Assembly (NCBI GenBank): GCA_018713145.1 | Contig: DVFP01000011.1 | Coordinates: 22,606 to 86,605 of the forward strand | DNA from: Candidatus Scybalocola faecavium | Lineage (GTDB): Bacteria; Bacillota; Clostridia; Lachnospirales; Lachnospiraceae | Reading direction: 5' to 3' | Length of the DNA stretch: 64,000 nucleotides | In this document: piece by piece, positions 1-10,034 of the stretch | Layout: the number at the start of each line of letters is the position of its first letter | Position numbering within the stretch: the stretch's first letter is position 1 | Made by a program: the position numbers and the translations under genes | Notes under the pieces: generated by a model | The model's input: the letters and a program-made list of their open reading frames with translations, nothing else | What the model was told of the DNA's origin: nothing | Databases searched by the model: none

Positions 1-941
1 ACGCCGGTACCATCTGTAAGAGTAACGTAATTATCACAGGTAACATAATAAGCCTTTTTATTCAGCCGGGCAAACGGGAAAAGAGGCTCATACTCTTTGT
101 ATTCCAGCTCTTTGCCTTTATAGGTTTCAAGGATCTCATAATCCTCTTCCAGGATCTTTTCTACAAGGGCTTCCGCCATGTAATAGGTATACTCGCCCTT
201 TTTCACTTTGACATAATTTTCATCAGGATTTACACATAAAGCCACGTTGGATGGCAGTGTCCACGGGGTGGTCGTCCATGCAAGGATATAGGCATCCTCA
301 TCCTTCACCTTAAAGCGTACCACTGCGGAACGTTCTTTTACATCCTTATAGCCCTGAGCTACTTCGTGGCTGGACAAAGGCGTCCCGCACCGGGGGCAGT
401 AAGGTACGATCTTGTAGCCTTTATATAACAGGCCTTTTTCCCAGATCTTCTTTAATGCCCACCATTCGGATTCAATAAAATCGTTGTAATAAGTTACATA
501 GGGATGCTCCATATCTGCCCAGTATCCAACTCTGGCAGAGAAATCCTCCCACATGCCCTTATACTTCCATACACTTTCCTTGCAATGCTCGATAAACGGC
601 TCCAGACCATATTCCTCGATCTGCTCCTTACCGTCTAATCCCAGCTTTTTCTCCACTTCCAGCTCTACAGGCAGGCCGTGAGTATCCCATCCGGCCTTTC
701 TTGGCACCTGATAGCCTTTCATGGTCTTATAGCGGGGGATCATATCTTTGATCACCCGGGTTAATACGTGACCGATATGGGGCTTGCCGTTTGCTGTTGG
801 CGGGCCGTCATAAAAGGTAAATTCGGGACAGTTTGCTCTGGATTCAATGCTCTTTTCAAAGATGTGCTCATCTGCCCAGAACTTTTCCACGTCCTTTTCC
901 CGCTGTACAAAATTAAGATTTGTGTCTACTTTTTGGTACAC
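1..941 (-). CDS. ileS: Isoleucyl-tRNA synthetase (type 2 IleRS), N-terminal part; runs off window start
   Basis: Not in ORF track; hand translation from GTG at 941 (RBS AAGGAGG upstream) gives [11 protein letters not shown]...[16 protein letters not shown]...[10 protein letters not shown]...[13 protein letters not shown]...[11 protein letters not shown]; preceded by Ile T-box. Confidence 0.96.
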   Translation of the reverse strand, partial: MYQKVDTNLNFVQREKDVEKFWADEHIFEKSIESRANCPEFTFYDGPPTANGKPHIGHVLTRVIKDMIPRYKTMKGYQVPRKAGWDTHGLPVELEVEKKLGLDGKEQIEEYGLEPFIEHCKESVWKYKGMWEDFSARVGYWADMEHPYVTYYNDFIESEWWALKKIWEKGLLYKGYKIVPYCPRCGTPLSSHEVAQGYKDVKERSAVVRFKVKDEDAYILAWTTTPWTLPSNVALCVNPDENYVKVKKGEYTYYMAEALVEKILEEDYEILETYKGKELEYKEYEPLFPFARLNKKAYYVTCDNYVTLTDGTG

Positions 942-971
942 CGTTATTTTCCTCCTTGTCTAAACTTATAA

Positions 972-1205
972 ATAAAAAAGGCTTCCGTCCCAGAAAAGGA
1001 CGAAAGCCAGTTATTTCGCAACCACCTTATTCCAGCATACATTGATATGCGTTTCTTTTAACGGTGAAAAGCCGGCGGGGCTTACTTCTGCTTTCAGCCT
1101 GCAACTCCGGAGTGATTTTCATTAAGGGCTACTGATACCGGCCTTCCACCGCCGCCGGCTCGCTTTTACCTTCACCGCGAAACTACTCTCTCCATCAAAG
1201 TTTTT
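972..1205 (-). promoter_or_regulatory. T-box riboswitch, Ile (AUC specifier), with intrinsic terminator
   Basis: Minus strand: AGTA/GA motif, GCGAG and GGTGGAA loops, GAAAATCAC specifier (ATC at 1114-1116), AAGGTGGTTGCGAAA T-box variant, terminator GGCTTTCGTCC...GGACGGAAGCC-TTTTTT. Confidence 0.88.
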
Positions 1206-1222
1206 ACCATGTCTTATCATAA

Positions 1223-1421
1223 GATGTTGGGGTCAAATTAAAATTTGCCCCATGATACCACGGATTTCTCCGCACTTCGTGCTCCCGAAATCCTAAACAC
1301 CTCAATTCCGCTCATTTTTCTGCGAAAAATGGCTCCTTTTCGGTGTTTTGCGGGTCAAGTAGATATGTTTTTTCATGCCAGCACGAAAAAACATATCTAC
1401 TTGACCCTGGTATCATCATAA
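1223..1421 (-). repeat. Dispersed hairpin-rich non-coding element, copy A (MITE/REP-like)
   Basis: Core GCAAAACACCGAAAAGGAGCCATTTTTCGCAGAAAAATG shared with the 24.3-kb copy; inverted repeats ATGATACCA (1252-1260)/TGGTATCAT (1408-1416); 23-bp perfect stem 1352-1407; ATCATAA repeated at 1216-1222 and 1415-1421. Confidence 0.85.
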
Positions 1422-1443
1422 TATAGATTCTTCCCTATGTCAA
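1415..1443 (-). promoter_or_regulatory. Sigma-A promoter for ileS leader
   Basis: TTGACA-17 bp-TATGAT on minus strand. Confidence 0.7.
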
Positions 1444-1709
1444 CCGACGAAATCCACAAATCTTAGCGTTATTCCCAAACTCCTCCTAAAGGGATCCCGA
1501 TGTGTACCGAAACCATTGGCCCTGTAAAAATTCTTTGATTTAAGTCATAAGGTATTTTTCCCGGCAGCATCCGTAAAAAAAATGTAAGAATTTCGTTGGT
1601 AACCTTAAAATGTTTTTTCCTTTCTTTAATGATATAATATATGTAAAGTATGCCATTTTACGTCCAGATCAATGCATACCAGGAAGTTTCATAAGGAGGA
1701 TTTAAGACT

Positions 1710-3110
1710 ATGAAAAGTAAGCAAAAGGTGATACTCATCATCTGCATCATCATTGGCGTCATTGTCATTGCCGCTGCTGCCCTTTACTACTTTGTCTTTC
1801 GGGGGAGCAAAACAAGCACAGACAGTCAGGTAGCCTATGTGGATCCTGTCTCTGTCATTGCCGGCCTTGGCAGCGGCAACGGCAATCAGAACCGTTTTTC
1901 CGGTGTGGTGGAATCTCAGGAAACCACTAAAGTAGAAAAAAATGCAGACAAAAAGATCAAAGATATTTTCGTTTCCGCCGGAGATGAGGTTTCTGTAGGG
2001 ACCCCCCTGTTTGAATACGATACAGAAGATACTGCCCTGACTTTAGAGCAGGAACGAATTAATCTGGAAAGCATCCAAAACGATATTACCGGTTATTATA
2101 ACCAGATTGCCGAACTGCAGAAAGAAAAGAACAAAGCATCTGCTGATGAACAGTTAAATTACACCATGCAGATCCAGACCGCCCAGACCAACGCCAAACG
2201 GGCTGAATATAATAAGCGGGCAAAGGAAGCTGAAATCGAAAAGCTGGAAAACGACCTGACAAACGCCACAGTGACCAGCACCATGGACGGCATTGTCCAG
2301 GAAGTCAACGAAAACACAGCCTATGACAACATGGGCAATCCAAAACCTTTTATGACGATCATGGCCTCCGGGGAATACCGGATCAAAGGCAAGGTAAATG
2401 AACAAAATGTATGGAACCTGTCCCAGGGCCAGCCGGTGATCATCCGTTCCCGTGTGGATGAGACCCAGACCTGGACCGGAACCATCAGCGAGATTGATAC
2501 AAGCAATACATACGACAGCGGAGACGATTCCAGCGGTGTTGTCTATATGGGCGGTTCAGGAAGCAGCGGCCAAACCTCTACCAGCTATGCCTTTTATGTT
2601 ACACCGGATATTTCCAGTGATTTTATGCTGGGACAGCATGTGTTTATCGAATTGGACAACGGCCAGGAAAACCAGCGGGAAGGTCTGTGGATTTCCGCCA
2701 TGTATCTTGAACTTGAAGGAAACGATGCCTACGCCTGGGTTGCCGGCAGCAATAACAAGCTGGAGCGGCGCAATCTCAAGCTGGGTGATTATGACAGCGC
2801 CATGGATGAATATCAGATCCTGGACGGTCTTACAGCTGAAGATTACATTGCATTTCCGGGAAATCTTCTCCAGGAAGGCATGGACTGCGTCCTTAACGAC
2901 GGCATGCATACAAACTCCTCTGACGACATGGGAAACATGGACGACGGTTCCATGATGGACGACGGCGCTATCATGGATGACGGCTCCACCATGGACGATG
3001 GTTCCATGGATGACGGCGCTATCATGGACGACGGTTCCATGACCGATGACGGCTCCATATCTGACGCAGGCGCAGACGGCGCCGCTTCAGATGCAGACGC
3101 AGCACAGTGA
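1710..3110 (+). CDS. Efflux membrane-fusion/adaptor protein (MacA/YknX-like) with Met/Asp-rich repeat tail
   Basis: N-terminal TM, lipoyl half-motifs (IFVSAGDEVSVGTPLFEYD; VTSTMDGIVQEV), coiled-coil hairpin, C-terminal ERR..LG...YQILDGL; RBS AAGGAGG. Confidence 0.9.
   Translation: MKSKQKVILIICIIIGVIVIAAAALYYFVFRGSKTSTDSQVAYVDPVSVIAGLGSGNGNQNRFSGVVESQETTKVEKNADKKIKDIFVSAGDEVSVGTPLFEYDTEDTALTLEQERINLESIQNDITGYYNQIAELQKEKNKASADEQLNYTMQIQTAQTNAKRAEYNKRAKEAEIEKLENDLTNATVTSTMDGIVQEVNENTAYDNMGNPKPFMTIMASGEYRIKGKVNEQNVWNLSQGQPVIIRSRVDETQTWTGTISEIDTSNTYDSGDDSSGVVYMGGSGSSGQTSTSYAFYVTPDISSDFMLGQHVFIELDNGQENQREGLWISAMYLELEGNDAYAWVAGSNNKLERRNLKLGDYDSAMDEYQILDGLTAEDYIAFPGNLLQEGMDCVLNDGMHTNSSDDMGNMDDGSMMDDGAIMDDGSTMDDGSMDDGAIMDDGSMTDDGSISDAGADGAASDADAAQ
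2938..3061 (+). repeat. Coding 18-nt tandem repeat (MDDGSM/MDDGAI/MDDGST), about 7 units
   Basis: ATGGACGACGGTTCCATG-type units visible in DNA and protein. Confidence 0.9.
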
Positions 3111-3124
3111 AACGGGGGCTTAAT

Positions 3125-3886
3125 ATGATTCTTGAATTAAAAAATATCTATAAAGATTATATTCAGGGAAAAATGACGGTTCCTGTACTTAAGGATATTT
3201 CCCTGAGTGTGGAAAAAGGCGAATATCTGGCCATTATGGGGCCCTCCGGCTCCGGAAAGACCACATTGATGAACATCATCGGCTGCCTGGATCAGCCTAC
3301 CTCCGGCCAGTATTTTCTGGATGGAGAAGATGTTTTAAGTTACAAAGATAAAGCCTTATCCGATGTACGGCTAAAAAGTATCGGTTTTGTTTTCCAAAGC
3401 TTTTACCTTCTCCCCCGCCAAAGCGCCCTGGATAACGTAAGTCTCCCTTTGATCTATTCCGGTATCAGCAAAAAGGAGCGCAAGGAAAAGGCTTTCCGCG
3501 CCCTGGAACGGGTAGGTCTGGCAGACCGGGTGGATTTTAAACCTACTCAGCTTTCCGGAGGGCAAAAACAGCGGGTGGCCATTGCCAGGGCTATTGTAAA
3601 TAACCCAAAGATCCTGCTGGCTGATGAACCGACCGGAGCCTTAGACAGCAAGTCTGGACAACAGATCATGGAGCTTTTTCAAAAGCTTAACGATGAGGGT
3701 GTGACTATAGTTATGATCACCCATGATGCAGAAATTGCCGGCTTTGCCCGGAGAAAGATCCTGATCCGCGACGGACAGATTGTTCCGGACTTAAGCCAAT
3801 CCGCCCTTCATGCACACCACACTCCGGTCCATGAAACATATTCTCCGGAGGACACTATGGAAAAGGAGGCTGGTGAAGCTCTATGA
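3125..3886 (+). CDS. ABC transporter ATP-binding protein (MacB/LolD-type)
   Basis: [37 protein letters not shown]; ATG 3125 preferred over GTG 3107. Confidence 0.95.
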   Translation: MILELKNIYKDYIQGKMTVPVLKDISLSVEKGEYLAIMGPSGSGKTTLMNIIGCLDQPTSGQYFLDGEDVLSYKDKALSDVRLKSIGFVFQSFYLLPRQSALDNVSLPLIYSGISKKERKEKAFRALERVGLADRVDFKPTQLSGGQKQRVAIARAIVNNPKILLADEPTGALDSKSGQQIMELFQKLNDEGVTIVMITHDAEIAGFARRKILIRDGQIVPDLSQSALHAHHTPVHETYSPEDTMEKEAGEAL

Positions 3887-6435
3887 ATATGAAACGAAAA
3901 CAAGTGATCATTCCCATCTGTGTTGTGCTGATCATCTGCCTTATCGGCGGAGGGGTGTTTGCTGTAACCCAGATCCAAAAAAACAACAAGATCGTGGAAG
4001 TTGTCCCTGTGACGAGTGTATCTACCTACAATTATGACGGATATTCCAGCTCCTACGGCATGGTCACCTCGGATGTCAGCCAGACCGTTTATCTTGAAAG
4101 CAACGCTACAGTAAAGGATATTTACGTTCAGGCAGGAGATACCGTCACTGTGGGAACTCCTTTAATGCAGTATGATACAGAGCTCCTTGAACTAGACATT
4201 GAAACGAAAAAACTGGATATTCAAGGGATTGATATGAACATCCAGCAGGCCAATAAAGATATACAAAGCCTGAAAAAGGGCGTTGTTCCTTCCGGCGGGA
4301 TCACTTTTGACCCATCTGTAAACACACCGGATGTGGACATTGAGGAAAATGACACAAATCTCACCTCCGCTGCCCCAAAGGTGATCGCAGCTTCCGCTCA
4401 GCTTCCCTCAGACACCCAGGGAGCCGACAGCCTTCAGCTGCAAACAGATCCCCAAAGCCCGCCGGATCCCCAGCCTCAGGAAAGCGTTCCATCCCAGACA
4501 GATCCCCAGGCGCCTGGGGATTCTCAGGACGGCAGCCAGGGCGGTGAAACTTCCGGAAATACCAGCGAAACTTCAGCGCCTCAGGAATCCGAAAGCACTG
4601 GTGATCATCAGGGAGCTTCGGGATCGGAAAATGCCGGCGAAAGCCAGACCCCTCCGGAAACAGAGCCTCAGGAGCCTGAAAGAGAGACGGTACTGGACAA
4701 GGATTTTGATTTTTCCAAGTATGAAGGTATTGTCAATGATGACGGCGCCATGATCGTGCCCTGTACCTTAGAGACAAAGATCACACCGGAATTTATCAAC
4801 CTGCTCCGTGGGAAAAATGCAGACGGATCCGATATGGAACAGATCCCGGATCCTGAAAATCCCGGTCAGACCATTCCTGTCCCTGCCAAAAAACTTTTGA
4901 TCACCTTTGATGGCGATACTCAGCCAATCCTTTTAGACGGAAGCAAATTTAACGAGCCATTTATCAACACCCAAAACGAGTGCACGCTCAGCCAGTTGAT
5001 AGAGCTTAACGGACAGATGCCTGTCCATGAGATCTCTGTGCTGGATCACACATTTTTTGAGACTTATCCCCAGGCCGCTCAAAGCAGCCGACCGGTGCTC
5101 ATCAGCGCCACATCCCAGACCCAGCTTACGCCGGAATTTATTTACATGATCCTCGGGCGCAATAGTGATGGTACTGAAAAAGAAAACGCCACCCCTGTGA
5201 ATGTCGTGGTATGGCTCAGCGACACAGAGGAAACCTGCACGTTAGACCCTGCTCACCTTGCCCTGCCCTATGTTACCTCTGTGGCTACCTCTCTGTCAGA
5301 CTTTATGGCCAATGATCTGGAACTTTCCCAGGAGCCTGTAAAAGAGCTGAACAAGGACACTGCCCTGGATCTTTCCCATGATCACCGGGATGTTTACGAA
5401 ATCTACTGTGACGAATCTACTGTGATCACTAAAGATTTTATTAACAAGATCCGGGAAGAAGGCATTGCAGTTATTTTAAAGATCGATGGTCATGCCAGCT
5501 GGATCACCTTAGACGGAAGCAAGCTGGAGGAGCCCTCAGAAAATGCCATTGATACCCCTATCGGTGAGTTTATCGCCAACGGCATTGCCCTAAATGAAGC
5601 CCCTGAGGAAGGCTCTGATCTTCCAGGCGACTGGGGCGGCGGAGACTGGGGCGGCGGTATTGATATTGGAGGCGGCGGACCTTCCTACACTGCTGATGAG
5701 ATCAAGGATATGCTCACCCAAAAGCAGCTGGAGCTGAGCCGTCTTGAGACACAAAAGCGCCAGGCACAGCTGGATCTGGCTAAGCTGCAAAAACAGTTAA
5801 ATAATGCTACAGTAACCAGTATTGTCAACGGTGTCGTCACGGATCTTAAAACGCTGGACGAAAATACAAGCACCTCCGAGCCGTTTATGACCATTAACAG
5901 CACTGACGGGCTTTATCTGACCGGAACTATCAACGAGCTGGATCTTGGGACCCTGACTGTGGGCCAGACGATCTCCGCCATGTCCTGGAATACCGGCGCC
6001 ACTTTTGACGCCACGATCAAAGAGGTTTCTCCATATCCTGCCTCCAGCTCGGATACTTATGGAAAGAATCCTAATTCTTCCAACTATCCGTTTATCGCCC
6101 TTATTGATAATCCGCCGGAAGGACTTATGGAAAATGAAAATGTGGAGATTACCACCGGAAACAACTCCGGACTTATGGATCCTTCCCTTACCGGTGCAAA
6201 TATCTATTTGTCCAAAGCCTACATCCTGACAGAGGATAACGGCCAGTCTTACGTTTACGCGGCAGGCAGCGACGGACGGCTGGAGCGGCGTCCTGTCGTC
6301 ACCGGAAAAGTCCTTGGCGGTTATATTGAGATCACTAACGGTGCTGTGACTACTGAGGATTATGTAGCCTTTCCTTATGGCAAGGATGTGCGGGAAGGCG
6401 TAAAGACAAAGATCAATGAAGATATGTATTATTAG
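3883..6435 (+). CDS. Second, greatly enlarged membrane-fusion/adaptor protein with low-complexity linker and three internal ~100-aa repeats
   Basis: TM + lipoyl half (IYVQAGDTVTVGTPLMQYD), large insertion, then coiled coil + VTSIVNGVV and C-terminal adaptor domain similar to 1710..3110. Confidence 0.82.
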   Translation: MNMKRKQVIIPICVVLIICLIGGGVFAVTQIQKNNKIVEVVPVTSVSTYNYDGYSSSYGMVTSDVSQTVYLESNATVKDIYVQAGDTVTVGTPLMQYDTELLELDIETKKLDIQGIDMNIQQANKDIQSLKKGVVPSGGITFDPSVNTPDVDIEENDTNLTSAAPKVIAASAQLPSDTQGADSLQLQTDPQSPPDPQPQESVPSQTDPQAPGDSQDGSQGGETSGNTSETSAPQESESTGDHQGASGSENAGESQTPPETEPQEPERETVLDKDFDFSKYEGIVNDDGAMIVPCTLETKITPEFINLLRGKNADGSDMEQIPDPENPGQTIPVPAKKLLITFDGDTQPILLDGSKFNEPFINTQNECTLSQLIELNGQMPVHEISVLDHTFFETYPQAAQSSRPVLISATSQTQLTPEFIYMILGRNSDGTEKENATPVNVVVWLSDTEETCTLDPAHLALPYVTSVATSLSDFMANDLELSQEPVKELNKDTALDLSHDHRDVYEIYCDESTVITKDFINKIREEGIAVILKIDGHASWITLDGSKLEEPSENAIDTPIGEFIANGIALNEAPEEGSDLPGDWGGGDWGGGIDIGGGGPSYTADEIKDMLTQKQLELSRLETQKRQAQLDLAKLQKQLNNATVTSIVNGVVTDLKTLDENTSTSEPFMTINSTDGLYLTGTINELDLGTLTVGQTISAMSWNTGATFDATIKEVSPYPASSSDTYGKNPNSSNYPFIALIDNPPEGLMENENVEITTGNNSGLMDPSLTGANIYLSKAYILTEDNGQSYVYAAGSDGRLERRPVVTGKVLGGYIEITNGAVTTEDYVAFPYGKDVREGVKTKINEDMYY

Positions 6436-6444
6436 GAGGTTGCC

Positions 6445-7797
6445 ATGTTAGAAAATATTAGACTCTCGTTTCAGGGGGTATGGTCTCATAAGATGCGCTC
6501 CTTCCTGACGATGCTGGGCATTATCATTGGTATTGCTTCTATCATTGCTATTGTCTCCACCATTAAAGGGACCAACGAGCAGATCAAGCAAAACCTGGTC
6601 GGTGCCGGAAATAACACCATAGACATTAAGCTTATGGAAAATAATTATGAGTATTACCCGGACAATTACAATATTCCATCTTCCATCCCCATTCTGGATG
6701 AAACTTTAAGAGAGGAACTTATGGAGATCCCTGAGGTAGAAAACATTTCCTATTACCTTCACAGGAATTATGCCGACAGTCTCTATTATCAAAATACATC
6801 CTACTCAAATATGCAGATCTACGGCATTGACTCCCATTACTTTGATGCCTGCGGATATATGAGCATTAAGGGGCGTACCTTTGTGGACGATGACTTTTCC
6901 CAGGGCCGGAAGGTGGTGGTGCTGGATAAGGATTCTGCTGCAACCATTTTTCCCAGCGAGGAACCTTTAGGCAAAACATTGGAGATCAACGGAGAACCCT
7001 TTACTGTAGTTGGCGTAGTGGATAAAGCTTCCTCCTTTAAGCCGGTGATCAATACGATCGAAGATTACTATCAGTATACGGGAAATCAAATGACCACGGT
7101 TTACATTCCCTATGAAACCTGGCCGGTGATCTACTGCTACGATGAGATCCCCAATGTGGTGGTCCGCGCCGTGGATACAGATTCTATGAGCACCGCCGGT
7201 CAGAAGGCTGAGGATGCCATTAATGAATTTATCGGTGTTTCCACCACCGGCTCCAACGCTGTTCCTTCCGCCGAGGATGCCTTGTCCTCAGAAGGAACAA
7301 TGACAGACACTATGACAGACGGCAGTATGTCCGACACATCCAGCCAGCCCTATACTTATCGGGGAACGGATATTATGGAGACTGCCAGAAACCTTCAGGA
7401 GCTGAGTGCTTCCACAAACCAGCAGCTGATCTGGATCGCCAGCATCTCCCTTCTTGTAGGCGGTATCGGCGTTATGAACATCATGCTTGTTTCTGTCACC
7501 GAACGTACTCAGGAGATCGGCCTTAAAAAGGCCATCGGCGCCAGGAAAAACCGTATCCTGGCCCAGTTCCTTACAGAGGCTGCCGTACTGACCAGCCTTG
7601 GCGGAGTGATCGGTATCATTGCCGGCATCGTCCTGGCAGAGGTGATCTCCCGGATCTCCTCCACACCGGTGGCGATCAGCGTTAGTGCCATTATCGGTTC
7701 TGTTGTCTTTTCAGTTGTCATCGGAATCGTGTTTGGATTGCTTCCTTCCATAAAAGCAGCCAACTTAAATCCCATTGACGCACTGCGCCACGAATAA
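6445..7797 (+). CDS. ABC transporter permease (MacB/FtsX family)
   Basis: KMRSFLTMLGIIIGI, GGIGVMNIMLVSVTERTQEIGLKKAIGA, NPIDALRHE. Confidence 0.95.
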   Translation: MLENIRLSFQGVWSHKMRSFLTMLGIIIGIASIIAIVSTIKGTNEQIKQNLVGAGNNTIDIKLMENNYEYYPDNYNIPSSIPILDETLREELMEIPEVENISYYLHRNYADSLYYQNTSYSNMQIYGIDSHYFDACGYMSIKGRTFVDDDFSQGRKVVVLDKDSAATIFPSEEPLGKTLEINGEPFTVVGVVDKASSFKPVINTIEDYYQYTGNQMTTVYIPYETWPVIYCYDEIPNVVVRAVDTDSMSTAGQKAEDAINEFIGVSTTGSNAVPSAEDALSSEGTMTDTMTDGSMSDTSSQPYTYRGTDIMETARNLQELSASTNQQLIWIASISLLVGGIGVMNIMLVSVTERTQEIGLKKAIGARKNRILAQFLTEAAVLTSLGGVIGIIAGIVLAEVISRISSTPVAISVSAIIGSVVFSVVIGIVFGLLPSIKAANLNPIDALRHE

Positions 7798-7818
7798 CTT
7801 TATCCCATGTATACCTTC

Positions 7819-7862
7819 AGGCTTCCGGCCGGTGATCCCATCACCATCCGGAAGCCTTTTTT
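7819..7862 (+). terminator. Rho-independent terminator
   Basis: AGGCTTCCGG...CCGGAAGCCT followed by T run. Confidence 0.8.
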
Positions 7863-7896
7863 AGTGAGCGGCATTGCCGCTCAGTGAAAAATCCTA

Positions 7897-7947
7897 TTGA
7901 CTTCTTCCCCGATCTGATATATGATATTGATATCAAAATAATATCAA
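7897..7947 (+). promoter_or_regulatory. Sigma-A promoter overlapped by TGATAT/ATATCA repeats (putative operator)
   Basis: TTGACT(7897)-17-TATGAT(7920); TGATAT at 7915, 7922, 7928 and ATATCA at 7930, 7941. Confidence 0.65.
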
Positions 7948-7975
7948 ATTGTTTTAAGGAATAGGAGAGGATTAT

Positions 7976-8986
7976 ATGGAAGAACAATTTGTATCCAAAA
8001 AAGTGTATGAAGAAAAAAAGGCCCCGTCCGTCAACGGCTTTGTTATGCTGTTTGTGACCATCCTGATTATTTTGGCATGTATTGCAGCCATTATCGGCGG
8101 AGGTGTCCTTCTGGCAGCAGAAAACATAGTCCCCGGTGCCATACTGCTTACGGCAGGGATCATCATCCTGTGTCTGTCCTGCTTTATTTTCCCGGGCTTT
8201 AAGGTGATCGGACCTAATGAAGCTCTTGTTTTAACACTGTTTGGTAATTATTACGGCACCTTAAGGACAGAAGGATTTTTCTACATCAATCCTTTTTGCA
8301 CGGCAGTGAATCCTACGGTTACATCCTTAAGCTCCGGTATTACCCAGCTGGCTGCTGCCGGCCGGGTCAGCGTTTCCAGCACAGGCTCTACCTTAAGCAA
8401 AAAGGTTTCTCTTAAGGCCATGACCTTAGATAATAACCAGCAAAAGGTTAATGATGAGCTGGGAAATCCCATTATCATCGGCACTGTTGTCATATGGCAG
8501 GTTATTAATCCGGTAAAGGCAGTTTTTAATGTACAGAATTATAAAACCTTTCTGTCCATCCAGTGCGACTCTATCGTCCGCAACACTGCCCGCCGCTACC
8601 CTTACGACACCAGCGACGGTGGAGATGAAAAGTCCTTAAGAGGAAGCAGCCAGGAAGTGGCAGACATTATGAAAAAAGAGCTTCAGGAAAAGGTAGCGAT
8701 TGCCGGACTGAAGATCCTTGAGGTAAGAATCGCCAATCTGTCCTATGCCCCTGAGATTGCGTCCGCTATGCTCCAGCGCCAGCAGGCCGCAGCTATCATC
8801 GATGCCCGCCAGAAGATTGTTGAAGGCGCTGTAAGTATGGTGGAAATGGCTTTGACAAAACTCAGTGAGAATGATATTGTAGAGCTTGATGAAGAACGCA
8901 AGGCCGCTATGGTAAGCAACCTTCTGGTTGTTTTATGCGGTAATAAGGACGCTCAGCCTGTTGTCAACAGCGGCAGTATCTATTAA
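7976..8986 (+). CDS. SPFH/band-7 domain membrane protein
   Basis: Two TM segments, [50 protein letters not shown]. Confidence 0.9.
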   Translation: MEEQFVSKKVYEEKKAPSVNGFVMLFVTILIILACIAAIIGGGVLLAAENIVPGAILLTAGIIILCLSCFIFPGFKVIGPNEALVLTLFGNYYGTLRTEGFFYINPFCTAVNPTVTSLSSGITQLAAAGRVSVSSTGSTLSKKVSLKAMTLDNNQQKVNDELGNPIIIGTVVIWQVINPVKAVFNVQNYKTFLSIQCDSIVRNTARRYPYDTSDGGDEKSLRGSSQEVADIMKKELQEKVAIAGLKILEVRIANLSYAPEIASAMLQRQQAAAIIDARQKIVEGAVSMVEMALTKLSENDIVELDEERKAAMVSNLLVVLCGNKDAQPVVNSGSIY

Positions 8987-9133
8987 GCAGTTTTATCGTA
9001 GCCGTACAGCCGGTTGGACTGTTGCATCTGATTCTCAAATGATCCGTGATAACGCAGCAGCTTGTACCAGAAAGGGAGGTCCCCTTGCGGGGGATACCTC
9101 TACGGGCAGAAGGGATCCGGGAAAGGGGGAACC

Positions 9134-9316
9134 ATGGAAGAACGCACGCCAAAGGAAAAGGCTAAAAAACAGGTGCCCTTACGTCTATCCTCTACCCTAT
9201 ATGCCGAACTGGCAGCCTGGGCAGAAGATGAATTTCGCTCAGTAAACGGACAAATTGAATATTTATTGACAGAATGTGTGAAATACCGTAAGAAGCACGG
9301 CAAGAAAGATGAATAA
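9134..9316 (+). CDS. Arc-like ribbon-helix-helix DNA-binding protein
   Basis: [35 protein letters not shown]; ATG 9134 after AAAGGGGG RBS. Confidence 0.85.
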   Translation: MEERTPKEKAKKQVPLRLSSTLYAELAAWAEDEFRSVNGQIEYLLTECVKYRKKHGKKDE

Positions 9317-9331
9317 GTTTTAAAGAAGAAA

Positions 9332-9424
9332 AATGGCCCGCTGCACAGGGAAAATGCAGCGGGCCATTAACATTTGGCAGGAAATGCCCGGCAAGCACAG
9401 AAGCGGCTTACCGGGCAGGCTTTT
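9332..9424. terminator. Two hairpins between convergent genes (likely bidirectional terminator)
   Basis: AATGGCCCGCTGCA...TGCAGCGGGCCATT and TGCCCGG...CCGGGCA. Confidence 0.7.
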
Positions 9425-9435
9425 ATCGGACATTT

Positions 9436-10005
9436 TTAAAGTTCTACAAAAGCAGGCTCATGTCCGGTCCATGGCAGAAACTTTTCCAACACATCCTTTG
9501 TCTTTAGTTTAATACTGGACGTATTCGCACAGGGATGGCACACAATGTACTCTCCTTCTGCCACTTCCTTATCCATAACCAGATTTACTTTATGACCGGT
9601 ATCCTGGATCAGCCCCATGACAGTGGCGCTTCCGGGATACACGCCAAGATACTCTGCCATAAATTCTTCTTCCCCAAAGGACAGCCGGGCAATACCCAGT
9701 TGATGGGAAAGATCCTTTGTTTTAAATTTTTTGTCTCCCGGCATCATAAGAAGATAAAACCGGGTTTTTTGAGTATTTCTCAAAAACAGATTTTTACAGG
9801 CCGGAAAGCCTAAAGCGTCATCCGCTCTCTGGCAGTCCTCCATGGTCATCACCGGCTGGTGATCCACCCGCTCATAGGGGATTCCCAGCTGATCCAGCAC
9901 ATCATAGGTCTTTATTTCTTCAGGGCGGCGTCCTGAGACATCCTCAGGGCGCCCCTCATATATGGTCAGTTCTTTACTCAACACCTGTTCCTCCAAGATC
10001 TCCAT
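9436..10005 (-). CDS. YbaK/ProXp-ala (PrdX-like) trans-editing aminoacyl-tRNA deacylase
   Basis: CKNLFL, RLSF, LGVYPGSATVMGL, CHPCANTSSI. Confidence 0.85.
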   Translation of the reverse strand: MEILEEQVLSKELTIYEGRPEDVSGRRPEEIKTYDVLDQLGIPYERVDHQPVMTMEDCQRADDALGFPACKNLFLRNTQKTRFYLLMMPGDKKFKTKDLSHQLGIARLSFGEEEFMAEYLGVYPGSATVMGLIQDTGHKVNLVMDKEVAEGEYIVCHPCANTSSIKLKTKDVLEKFLPWTGHEPAFVEL

Positions 10006-10034
10006 CGATTAGGTCGCACCTGGCATTGGCCGGA

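Noticed and set aside
768-971. 67-aa plus-strand ORF
   Set aside because: Antisense shadow of the ileS 5' end
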